Assembly (NCBI GenBank): GCA_963806225.1
Contig: CAWDXG010000004.1
Span: forward strand, 2,720,001 to 2,784,000
Source of the DNA: an uncultured delta proteobacterium
Lineage (GTDB): Bacteria; Myxococcota_A; Polyangia; Polyangiales; Polyangiaceae
Length of the DNA: 64,000 nt
Direction of reading: 5' to 3'
Positions 9,849 through 18,898 of this stretch are shown in pieces; the first letter of the stretch is position 1, and every line of letters begins with the position of its first letter. Position numbers and translations under genes: made by a program. The notes below the pieces were generated by a model. The model saw only the letters and a program-made list of their open reading frames with translations. It was not told the DNA's origin and ran no database searches.

Positions 9849-11340
9849 GTCGCGGTAGGGACGGCCCTCGTCGGGCCGCCCCCGCACAGAACCCGGCGAG
9901 CGGATTTCCCGCACCGGGCTCCCACCTTGGGTCAACGGGCCGCGAAGCGCATCTCGGGCCAGGGATGACGGATAGCGGGCTTCGGAAGCGGGAAGCGTTT
10001 CTCGAAACGCTTCTTCTTCGCCACGGACCAGTACCTGCCTTTCTGGCTACGGCGCTGCAACTGCCGCAGCCAGGCATCACCGATGTGGCGCCGGAAGCGC
10101 TTCAGGACGCGCTCGTTCGTGGGAACACCAAAGTACTGGTAGTGCCCACGCAGCACGGACGAGAGCCACTTGTGCGTTACACGCGCGTCCTCGTGCCGCC
10201 GCCGTCGCAGCTCCTGGTAGAGTTCCGATAGCGTTCGCTGCCGCTTCTTCCGCGAGGTGAGGCGTTGCAGCTGGAACCAACCGCGTTTCCCGTCCCTACC
10301 CGCCACGTGCGTGAAGCCGAGGAAATCGAAGCTCTCGACCTTCAGGCCGAGCTTCGCGCTCCTCTCGCGCGCGTAGCGACCAAAACGCAGGATGCGCGTC
10401 TTGTCCGGATGCAGCTCCAGGCCGAAGGCAGACAGGCGCCGCTCGAGAGCAGCGCGCATCATCTTCGCATCCCGGCCGTCCTCGAGGGCCATCACGAAGT
10501 CGTCCGCGTATCGCACGAGGTAGATACCCCGCGTGCTCCGCTTCCGGGCTGATGATGCCCCCCTGCGGCGTCCCTTCCTGCATTGCGTGCAGCTTGCCTT
10601 CCACCATCACGCCTGCCGCGAGCCACTTCATCAGCAGTCGCACCAGGCGCTTGTCCGCAATCCGGTGCTCGATGAACTTCTTCATCCATCCATGGTCGAT
10701 GGTGTCGAAGAAGCTGCGGATGTCCGCGTCGAGCACCCAGTCCGTCCGCTTCTTGATGATGACCGTCGCGAGCGCGTCCAGGGCGTCGTGCGGCGACCGC
10801 CTGGGGCGGAAGCCGTACGAGAAACCCAGAAACGCTCGTTCGTAGATGGGCTCCAGGATCATGCGCACGGCCTGCTGCACGATCTTGTCCTCCAGAGCCG
10901 GAACTCCGATCGGCCGCTGCCGCCCATCCGGGTTCGGGATATGCACCCGTCGCACGGGAAGCGGGTGGTAGCTGCCGCGGTGGATCCGGTCCTGCAGGTC
11001 CGCGAGGCGAGCTTCGAGATGCTGGCCGTACTCGCTCCACGTGACCCCATCCACCCCGGCTGCCGCTTTCTTCTTCAGGCGTCGATACGCCTGCGCCAGA
11101 AGCGGCCCTGGGTCCGGAGCGCGTTTCGTGGTGCGGGTTTTCCCTTGGCCTCGCCCCTTCCCTCCATCGACTCGGCGGGCGTTACCCGCGCCTTCGCCGA
11201 TTTCACCGGTACTATGGGCTCGTCCGACTCCCCGGAAGCTTGCGACCGCGGCTTGTGGATTCTCCCTTCCCGCGGCTGCCTGACGCCCGCCATGGTGGAC
11301 GACGAGGCGCTTCCGGGGTCTCCCGGTTCCCTTGCAGAGA
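9849..11340 (-). mobile_element. Group II intron, 5'-truncated, lacking the endonuclease domain
   Basis: Minus strand shows D5 GAGCCCGGTGCGGGAAATCCGCTCGCCGGGTTC (~9889-9921), D6 ending CCCTACCGCGAC at 9849, D2/D3-like GGAGTCGGACGAGCCCATAGTACCGGTGAA...GGAGGGAAGGGGCGAGGCCAAGGGAAA and a D1 3' remnant GGAACCGGGAGACC. No GTGCG 5' end before the repeat array. Confidence 0.88.
9932..11105 (-). pseudogene. ltrA: Group II intron reverse transcriptase/maturase, disrupted by two internal deletions
   Basis: AAGVDG, RRVHIP..DGRQRPIG, FSYGFRP, DADIRSFFD, GTPQGG, RYADDF, FDFLGF. The usual LLANIYLH segment after ISP is absent, with a frame change near 10545; the N-terminus/start is missing near 11103. Confidence 0.88.
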
Positions 11341-11874
11341 GGGCAAAGCGAAGCGAGCCCCCGCCCCACGCCGTAGGGCGATGCGAAGCGAGCCCCCCGC
11401 CCATCGCCGTAGGGCAAAGCGAAGCGAGCCCCCCGCCCCACGCCGTAGGGCAAAGCGAAGCGAGCCCCCGCCCCACGCCGTAGGGCGATGCGAAGCGAGC
11501 CCCGGCGCAGCGAAGCAAGCCCGCGCCGAGCGCAGCGAGGCGCGTCGGGGGTCCGGGGGCGGTGAGCCCCCGGCGGAGGACTACGGCGGGGGTGGGCGGG
11601 CGGGACACAAACCATCTCACGCCGCCCATCGCCGTAGGGCAAAGCGAAGCGAGCCCCCGCCCATCGCCGTAGGGCAAAGCGAAGCGAGCCCCCCGCCCCA
11701 CGCCGTAGGGCAAGGCGAAGCGAGCCCCCGCCCATCGCCGTAGGGCAAAGCGAAGCGAGCCCCGGCGCAGCGAAGCAAGCCCGCGCCGAGCGCAGCGAGG
11801 CGCGTCGGGGGTCCGGGGGCGGTGAGCCCCCGGCGGAGGACTACGGCGGGGGTGGGCGGGCGGGACACAAACCA
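11338..11874. repeat. GTAG-type REP/BIME-like array: nine 35-36 bp units plus two ~110-bp elements, organised as a ~260-bp higher-order duplication
   Basis: Unit CGCCGTAGGGC(AAA/GAT)GCGAAGCGAGCCCCC(C)GCCC(CA/AT) at ~11338, 11369, 11405, 11441, 11476, 11630, 11665, 11701, 11736; identical long element at ~11501-11614 and 11761-11874. Confidence 0.9.
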
Positions 11875-11930
11875 ATCCCGCGACGCACACCGACGTGCGC
11901 CGGACCATGACGCCCCTCCGAAGCGCGGAC

Positions 11931-12263
11931 CTAGCTCGCGCGCTTCGCGGCCGCCTGCTGCAGGTCGTACAGGCGCGGCGTCGGATACTTCTCGAGGCGG
12001 GCGCGGTAGCCCTTGTCCTTCGTGCGCTTCTCGCTCGTGAGGATCGCGTCGATGAGCTTGTCGCGGCTGCCGAACTTCTCCTTCACGGCGCTGAGCGTGT
12101 CGTGCAGGCGAAGCAGCTTCGCGTTGGACACGCGGGCGAGACCCTTGGTCTCGTTGACGCGATCGAGCCACAGCTCGTCGGTACCGAGCTTCTCCACGGC
12201 GGCGACCAGCTTCTGCTTGTCTCCGTACTTCTCGTTGACCACGCTGAGCGGCGACTTCTTCAT
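11931..12263 (-). CDS. Small basic hypothetical protein
   Basis: MKKSPLSVVNEKYGDKQKLV...; internal KxGxxxKLv repeat; clean GC3 bias. Confidence 0.7.
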   Translation of the reverse strand: MKKSPLSVVNEKYGDKQKLVAAVEKLGTDELWLDRVNETKGLARVSNAKLLRLHDTLSAVKEKFGSRDKLIDAILTSEKRTKDKGYRARLEKYPTPRLYDLQQAAAKRAS

Positions 12264-12494
12264 CGTTCGGCTCCCACCGGGCACGCCGGAATAGGGGGCG
12301 GCTTTCTAGCAATCCAGCCGGGGCAGCGCAACCACCAAGCGGCCGCGAGCCCCGGGAACGCGGCCAGAACGCGCCCGACGCCGTTCCGATCCCAACAAGC
12401 TCCATGATTCCGGCGGCTTCTGCCCCGGGCCCTGACTCTGCCCGGCACGCGCCGCGCGTGACTCGGCGCAGGCTGCGTGGTACGCGGCGGCGCC

Positions 12495-13939
12495 ATGGTC
12501 GCCCCCAGAGTGCGTTTTGCCCCCTCCCCGAGCGGCTACCTGCACATCGGAGGCGCCCGCACAGCGCTCTTCAGCTGGCTCTGGGCGAAAAGCCAGGGCG
12601 GAAGCTTCATCGTCCGGGTCGAGGACACCGATCAGGAGCGCTCCAGCCTGGAGAGCGTGCGCGCCATCCTCGACGCGCTGAAGTGGCTCGGCCTCGACTG
12701 GGACGAGGGCCCCGAGGTCGGCGGCGATCACGGGCCCTACTTCCAGAGCGAGCGCAAGGCGCTCTACCGCGAGGCGGTCGAACAGCTGATCCGCGAGGGG
12801 CATGCGTACCGCTGCTACTGCACCAAGGAAGAGCTGGACCGTCAGCGCGCCGCGCTCAAGGCGCGCGACCCGAAGGCGCAGTTCGTCTATCCGGGCACCT
12901 GCCGCGATCGCAAGGACCAGCCCGACCTGCCGCACGTGGTCCGCTTCAAGTCCCCGCGCGCCGGCAGCGACGGAGTTCGCCGACAAGGTCTTCGGCGCGA
13001 TCAGCACGCCGAACGACACGCTGCAGGACTTCGTGATGGTCCGCACCGACGGCTACCCGCTGTACAACCTGGCGTGTGTCGTCGACGACCACCAGATGGG
13101 CATCAACCTCGTCACGCGCGGCCGCGATCACATCGGCAACACGCCGCAGCAGCTCCTCATCTACCGCGCCTTCGGCTGGGAACCGCCGGAGTTCGCGCAC
13201 CTGCCGATGATGCTGAGCCCGAAGGGCGACAAGCTCAGCAAGCGCAACGCGGACGTGGGTGTGCAGGACTACAGAAAGCGCGGCTACACACCCATGGGCG
13301 TCCTGAACTACCTGGTGCGCTTCGGCTGGTCCTACGGCGACCAGGAGATCTTCAGCTGCGACGAGCTGGTAAAGCTCTTCGGCTGGGACCGCGTGAGCCG
13401 CGCCGACGGCAAGTTCGACGACAAGAAGTTCGCGGACGTGGCGTTCGAGCACCTCAAGCGCCCCGAGCTGACCGGCGACGACGAGTACGTGGCCTGGGTC
13501 GTGCCGTTCCTCGCCGAGCGCGGCCTCGGCGGATCCCGACGAAACCCTGCTGCGCGCCGCGCTGCCGCTGATCCGCGAGCGCGCCCGCACGCTGGTGGAT
13601 GCCGCCCACGCGCTCGACTACTTCTTCCGCGACCCGCCGGAGCTCGACGAAAAGGCGAAGACAAAGTTCCTGACCCCCGCCAGCGCGCCGCACCTCGACG
13701 CGCTCGCTCGAGCGTGTTCCGTAGCGCCGAGCACTGGGACGCCCGAGGCGCTGGAGGCCATACTCCGCAGCTACGTCGAGGAGCACGAGCTGAAGATGAA
13801 AGAAGTGGCGCAGCCCGCGCGCGTCGCGCTCACCGGCCGCACCGCGAGCCCGCCGCTGTTCGACGTGATGGTCGTGATAGGACGCGAGCGCTCGCTTTCG
13901 CGACTGGAAAGCGCCGCACGCATCGCCCAGGACGGCTAG
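12495..13939 (+). CDS. gltX: Glutamate--tRNA ligase (apparent frameshifts at ~12970, ~13535 and a compensated pair at ~13710-13740)
   Basis: [43 protein letters not shown] distributed over three frames. Confidence 0.92.
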
Positions 13940-13944
13940 GCAAG

Positions 13945-14949
13945 ATGCACGGCTTCGAGGGACTCGCTCCGGCATTCGCCCACGTTGCCGCGCACGCACG
14001 CCCGAAGCTCGAGCTGCCGCTCACGCGCCTGCACGAGACTGACCTCTTCGACGCCTTCATCGGCTACCCGCCGGTCAAGGCGCTGTTGCCGGTGCCCATC
14101 CTGGCCGCGATCGCGCCGGCCCTGTGGTGGTTCTTCCGCGACACGTGGAAGCGGCTGGACGTGGAGGCCGCCGAGTACCGCCAGAAGCTCGTCGCCGAGA
14201 AGAAGTTCGACTTCCGCCCCATCGCCGTTCTGTGCATCACGGCCGTCGTACTGACGATGCAGGAGTACTACGGCGGCGCCGCCTTCTACAATCACGAGAT
14301 CCGCCCCTGGCTGGCTGATCTGGCGGCGCACGGCAGCCACTGGATCAAGATGGCGAAGTACGACGAGTACTACAGCTTCTGCTGGTGGTCGGCCGCGCGC
14401 GTCATCGGCTATGTGCTGATCCCGTTCCCGATCTGGAAGCTCCTGTTCCCGAAGGACAGCCTCCTCGACATGGGCTTCCGGACGAAGGGCTTCTTCAGCC
14501 ACATCTGGATCTACGGCGTGTGCCTGGCCTTCGTGATCCCGGCCATGCTGCTGGTGTCGCGCCAACCCGATTTCGGCAGCTACTACCCCTTCTACAAGAA
14601 CGCTTCGCGCAGCTGGTTCGATCTGATCCTGTGGGAGGCGATCTACTTCGCGCAGTTCCTGTCGCTGGAGATGTTCTTCCGCGGCTGGATCGTCGGCGCG
14701 CTCCGCAAGACCATGGGCTCGGGCGCCATCTTCGCGATGGCCGTGCCGTACTGCATGATCCACTACGGCAAGCCGTACCTGGAGGCGAACGGCGCGATCG
14801 TGGCCGGCGTGGTGCTCGGCTCGCTGGCGATGCGCACGCGCAGCATCTACGCCGGCTTCCTCGTCCACATCACCGTCGCCTTCAGCATGGACTTCCTGGC
14901 GCTGTCCCACCGCGGCGCGCTGCCCCTGCATTTCTGGGCTCCGGGATAG
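13945..14949 (+). CDS. CPBP (Abi/CAAX) family intramembrane glutamic endopeptidase
   Basis: LEMFFRG, CMIHYGKP, GFLVH motifs; multiple TM segments. Confidence 0.85.
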   Translation: MHGFEGLAPAFAHVAAHARPKLELPLTRLHETDLFDAFIGYPPVKALLPVPILAAIAPALWWFFRDTWKRLDVEAAEYRQKLVAEKKFDFRPIAVLCITAVVLTMQEYYGGAAFYNHEIRPWLADLAAHGSHWIKMAKYDEYYSFCWWSAARVIGYVLIPFPIWKLLFPKDSLLDMGFRTKGFFSHIWIYGVCLAFVIPAMLLVSRQPDFGSYYPFYKNASRSWFDLILWEAIYFAQFLSLEMFFRGWIVGALRKTMGSGAIFAMAVPYCMIHYGKPYLEANGAIVAGVVLGSLAMRTRSIYAGFLVHITVAFSMDFLALSHRGALPLHFWAPG

Positions 14950-15129
14950 CGCCGTGCGGAACCCGGAGAGACCAGGCCCCCCGCCGCGCGGCGCCACGAC
15001 GCAGCAGGAATGTCCCCTCCCACGCGACGAAATCCTTGCAGAGCCCGGGTTCTTCGTGCTCGATCGCGCCGTTCGAGCTAGAGCTGCGCCGGCAGGGCTC
15101 CTCGGCGGCCCGGGCCCAGGAGATCAGGA

Positions 15130-17052
15130 TTGAACGACGAAAACGGCAACGGCCACTGGACCGTGTCGAAGGCGCTGAGCCTGTACCAGATCCCCGGTTG
15201 GGGAGCGCCGTACTTCGGTGTCAACCCCGCGGGCCAGGTCGAGGTGCGCCCTGACCCGGAACGGGACGGCGCGATCAACCTCTTCGACCTGACCGAGGAG
15301 CTGAAGACGCGCGGGCTCGATCTGCCGCTCTTGATCCGTTTCTCGGACATCGTCGCGCACCGCATCCGGCGCATCAACGAGTGCTTCCAGAAGGCGATCG
15401 CGGAATACGAGTACGCGGGCGGCTACCGCGGCGTGTTCCCGGTCAAGGTCAACCAGCAGCGGCACCTGGTCGAAGAGGTCGTGGAGTTCGGGCGCCGACT
15501 GGGGCTTCGGGCTGGAGGCGGGCTCCAAGCCGGAGCTCTTGATCGCCCTGGCCGTCGATGCAGGACGCCGGCGGTCTCATCATCTGCAACGGCTACAAGG
15601 ACCAGAAGTACATCGAGACGGCGCTGGTCGCGCAGAAGTTCGACAAGAACGTGATCGTCGTGCTCGAGCGACTGGAGGAGCTCACGCACGTCATCGCCGC
15701 GCAGGAGAAGCTCGGCATCCGTCCGATGCTCGGCGTGCGCGCCAAGCTCACGGCCAAGGGCGTCGGGCGCTGGGCGGATTCAGCGGGCGACCGCGCCAAG
15801 TTCGGACTGACCACGGCCGAGGTCGTGGAGCTCGTCGATCGAGCTCGCCAAGCGCGACATGCTCGACTGCCTCCAGCTCCTGCACTTCCACATCGGCAGC
15901 CAGATCTCCAGCATCATTCCCATCAAGAACGCGATGCAGGAGGCGAGCAACATCTACGTCGAGCTCGCCAAGATGGGCTGCCGCATGGGCTACCTCGACG
16001 TCGGCGGCGGCCTGGCCATCGACTACGACGGCTCGAAGACCGACTTCCACGCCAGCAAGAACTACACGCTGCAGGAGTACGCCTCGGACGTCGTCGGGCA
16101 CATCCAGAGCGCCTGCGCCAAGGCCGAGGTGCCGGTCCCGACCATCGTCAGCGAAAGCGGACGCGCGATCGCCGCCCACCACTCGGTGCTGGTGTTCGAG
16201 GTGGTGGGCGAAGAACGAGGTGCGCTTCGGCGAGCCCGCGGAGCCGAAACCGGACGCGCACCGGCTGCTCCGCGAGCTCTACGAGACGTACCGCGGCGTC
16301 GCGCCGAAGAACGTGCAGGAGAGCTTCCACGACGCCAGCCAGGCGAAGGAAGAGGCGCAGAGCCTGTTCAAGTACGGCTACGTGACACTGCGCGAGCGCG
16401 CCCAGGCGGAGCGGCTGTACTGGCACGTGTGCGAGAAGATCCAGGACACGCTGCAGGCGCGTGAAGTTCGTGCCGGAGGAGCTGTACGGCCTCGAGCGCA
16501 CGATGAGCGCCATCTACTACTGCAACTTCAGCCTGTTCCAGTCGGCGCCCGACATCTGGGCCATCGACCAGCTGTTCCCGATCATGCCCATCCATCGGCT
16601 CGACGAGGAGCCTGAAGTCACCGCGACGCTGGCCGACCTGACCTGCGACAGCGACGGCATGATCGATCACTTCATCGACGTCGAGGACGTGCGCCGCACC
16701 ATCGACGTGCACACCCTGAGCCCCGAGGAGCCCTACTACATGGGCATGTTCCTGAACGGCGCCTACCAGGAGATCCTCGGCGATCTGCACAACCTGTTCG
16801 GCGACACCAACGCCGTCCACGTGCGCCTCAACGATGGCGGCTACCAGATCCGCCACGTGATCAAGGGCGACAGCGTCTCGGAAGTGCTGCGCTACGTGCA
16901 GTACGTACCGGAGAACATGATCGAAGCGGTGCGCCACCAGGCCGAGCGCGCCGTCATCGCGCGGCAAGCTGACCAACGCGCAGATGCGCACGCTGATGCA
17001 GCACTACGAACAGGCGCTGCGCTCCTACACCTACCTCACCGACGACGACTAA
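15130..17052 (+). CDS. speA: Biosynthetic arginine decarboxylase (several apparent frameshifts)
   Basis: VFPVKVNQQ, ICNGYKD, LHFHIGSQI, LDVGGGLAIDYDG, SESGRA, DLTCDSDG, GAYQEILGDLHNLFGD and C-terminal YTYL, split across frames. Confidence 0.92.
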
Positions 17053-17088
17053 TCGGCCAAGCGTCGACGAGTTGGGCGAGTAGAGAGA

Positions 17089-17221
17089 TCACACGAAGGC
17101 CGAAGGACCGAAGGCGCTCTCCACGGATCAGCCGACGGCCGTTTTTTTGGGGGTCGAGCGTTGCGGTGGCGGGGGGCCGGCGCGCCCCCCAAAAACCTTC
17201 GGCCCTTCTGCCTTCGTGTGA
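17089..17221. terminator. Long imperfect inverted repeat between convergent genes (REP-like hairpin or bidirectional terminator)
   Basis: Outer arms 17089-17114 and 17196-17221 (26 bp, 2 mismatches); inner arms TTTTTGGGGG/CCCCCAAAAA. Confidence 0.6.
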
Positions 17222-17256
17222 ACCTCTGGATCGCTCCGCGACGTTCCTGACGCGGG

Positions 17257-17874
17257 TCACTTCGCCATCGGGCGCTCTTCGGGGGCGCGATCGATGCGGA
17301 TGCACAGGTGGCTCGGCTTGTCCTTGTAGGTGCCGTAGCACCAGCCGTCGATCACCACCTGCATCGCTGCGATGTGCTTCGGCTCGCTCTTCTTCTTGAA
17401 GCCGAGGTTCAGCGTCTTCGTCTCGTGGGGCTTGAAGGTGAAGTTGCTGCCGTTGATGCGCGACGACTTGTAGGTCCTGTCCCGGATCTCCGCGGACAGC
17501 TGCTTGCCGCTCTTGTCGTAGTAGTAGATGGCGGCGCTCGCCCAGTGGATGTCCTTGTCGCTGGTGTTCGTGATCTCGAACTCCGGCGACTTGAAGAACT
17601 TGCTGTACTTGCCCGTGGACTTGATTGAAAAGGGCGGCTTCAGGTCAGTACCCTTGCAATCGCACATGTGGAAGAAAGAGCCGTCGCCGCCTTTGCAGCC
17701 GAGCGGCTCGCACTTGTTGGCGGGCGCGGCGGATGCCGATAGCTGGGCGAGCGCGACGGACGCGGAGGGCGTGGCGGATGCGGCCGGCGCGGCGTTCGGC
17801 TTGTCGCCTTTGCAGGCGGGCACGGCGAGCAGTGCGAACGCGGCGGCGAACGCGACGCAGTGGATAGTCGTCAT
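17257..17874 (-). CDS. Hypothetical lipoprotein
   Basis: Signal peptide with LAVPA-C lipobox, Ala/Pro linker, then a beta-rich domain (AIYYYDKSGKQL). Confidence 0.7.
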   Translation of the reverse strand: MTTIHCVAFAAAFALLAVPACKGDKPNAAPAASATPSASVALAQLSASAAPANKCEPLGCKGGDGSFFHMCDCKGTDLKPPFSIKSTGKYSKFFKSPEFEITNTSDKDIHWASAAIYYYDKSGKQLSAEIRDRTYKSSRINGSNFTFKPHETKTLNLGFKKKSEPKHIAAMQVVIDGWCYGTYKDKPSHLCIRIDRAPEERPMAK

Positions 17875-18014
17875 GGATGCCTTCCCTGTGTCGGTAACCG
17901 AGCAGCGTCCGTCGTACGCGCGGGCTCGCCCGTCCTTCCCGTGGCCGCAGACGGCATGCCGGAGCCCAGGGATATGTGTCAGAACGCCACATGTTCTGAC
18001 CGATCCTGGGCCAT

Positions 18015-18036
18015 TTTTGTGAGAAACGTGACAAAA
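18015..18036. promoter_or_regulatory. CRP/FNR-like operator in a divergent promoter region
   Basis: TTTTGTGA-GAAACG-TGACAAAA: TGTGA-N6-TCACA with one mismatch and palindromic AT flanks in otherwise GC-rich DNA. Confidence 0.45.
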
Positions 18037-18115
18037 TGCCACACGGAATAGCCAGGACGCGGCGGAGCGTTTGCTTGTCGGTGCCGTGCGGCGCCCGCTA
18101 CGATCGACTCTGCCT

Positions 18116-18775
18116 ATGTTCTGGAAACCGCGTTCCCGTCGTGCCGCGCGCCTCTCGACCGCCCGCGTGATCGCGGCCGTGGCGGCGCTGGGAGTCGTGA
18201 CGGTGGCGGACGCGAGCCACGCCGACATCTACAAGACGGTCAACAAGAAGACCGGCGTGATCACCTTCTCGAACTCGCCGCGGGGCGCCCACTCCAGACG
18301 GGTGGCGAAGGAGAAGCCGAAGCCGAAGCCGAAGGTGTTCATGCCGAGCGACACCTCGCCGGAGCGCTTCACTCGCTACGACGCCTACATCCACCAGGCA
18401 GCGACGCTCTACCAGATCCCCGAGGCGCTCGTACGCGCGGTGATCAAGGTGGAGAGCGACTTCGATCCGCGCGCGGTCTCGCACGCCAACGCGCACGGCC
18501 TGATGCAGCTCGTGCCGGAGACGGCCGCGCGCATGCAGGTGACGGACGTGTACGACCCGCGGCAGAACATCTTCGGCGGCGTACGCTACCTGCGCGTGCT
18601 GGCCAACCTGTTCAACGGCGATCTGGAGCTGACCATCGCGGCGTACAACGCCGGCGAGAACGCCGTCATCCGCTCGGGCGGGATCCCGCCGTACGAAGAG
18701 ACGCAGGACTACGTGGCCAAGGTCGTCACGTACTACCGCTACTACCGGGCCGCGCGGCTGAACGGACCGCGCTGA
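18116..18775 (+). CDS. Lytic transglycosylase (SLT domain) with N-terminal DUF4124-like domain
   Basis: AVIKVESDF, GLMQL, AAYNAG, ETQDYV; ADIYK...GVITFSNSP. Confidence 0.9.
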   Translation: MFWKPRSRRAARLSTARVIAAVAALGVVTVADASHADIYKTVNKKTGVITFSNSPRGAHSRRVAKEKPKPKPKVFMPSDTSPERFTRYDAYIHQAATLYQIPEALVRAVIKVESDFDPRAVSHANAHGLMQLVPETAARMQVTDVYDPRQNIFGGVRYLRVLANLFNGDLELTIAAYNAGENAVIRSGGIPPYEETQDYVAKVVTYYRYYRAARLNGPR

Positions 18776-18870
18776 GCGCCGGACAGCGTCGCCCGGGTTG
18801 TGCCAGCGCAGGCTTCCCGGGTGGCACACCGCGGCGGGCATTTCCGCGGGCTTTCCCGCGCCTCTGCCAA

Positions 18871-18886
18871 TGGCCCGCAGTTTGCT
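18871..18886 (+). promoter_or_regulatory. Sigma-54 (-24/-12) promoter
   Basis: TGGCCCGCAGTTTGCT matches TGGC-N7-TTGC(A/T) with exact spacing, 12 nt before ATG 18899. Confidence 0.65.
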
Positions 18887-18898
18887 TGGCGGCCAGCC

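Noticed and set aside
11526..11539. CCGAGCGCAGCGAG resembling the ColE1 primosome-assembly site
   Set aside because: The match is short, GC-rich and part of the repeat element; there are no plasmid or replication genes nearby.
11338..11874. 35-36 bp repeats next to a reverse transcriptase as a CRISPR array or an RT-array system
   Set aside because: The units are head-to-tail with no unique spacers, there are no cas genes, and the RT has group II intron D5/D6 and is broken.
11105..11908. Repetitive peptide ORFs (ARFALPYG / GLASLCPT repeats) as a real N-terminal extension of the RT
   Set aside because: They are translations of the DNA repeat array and intron RNA domains, open in several frames, with no codon-level signal.
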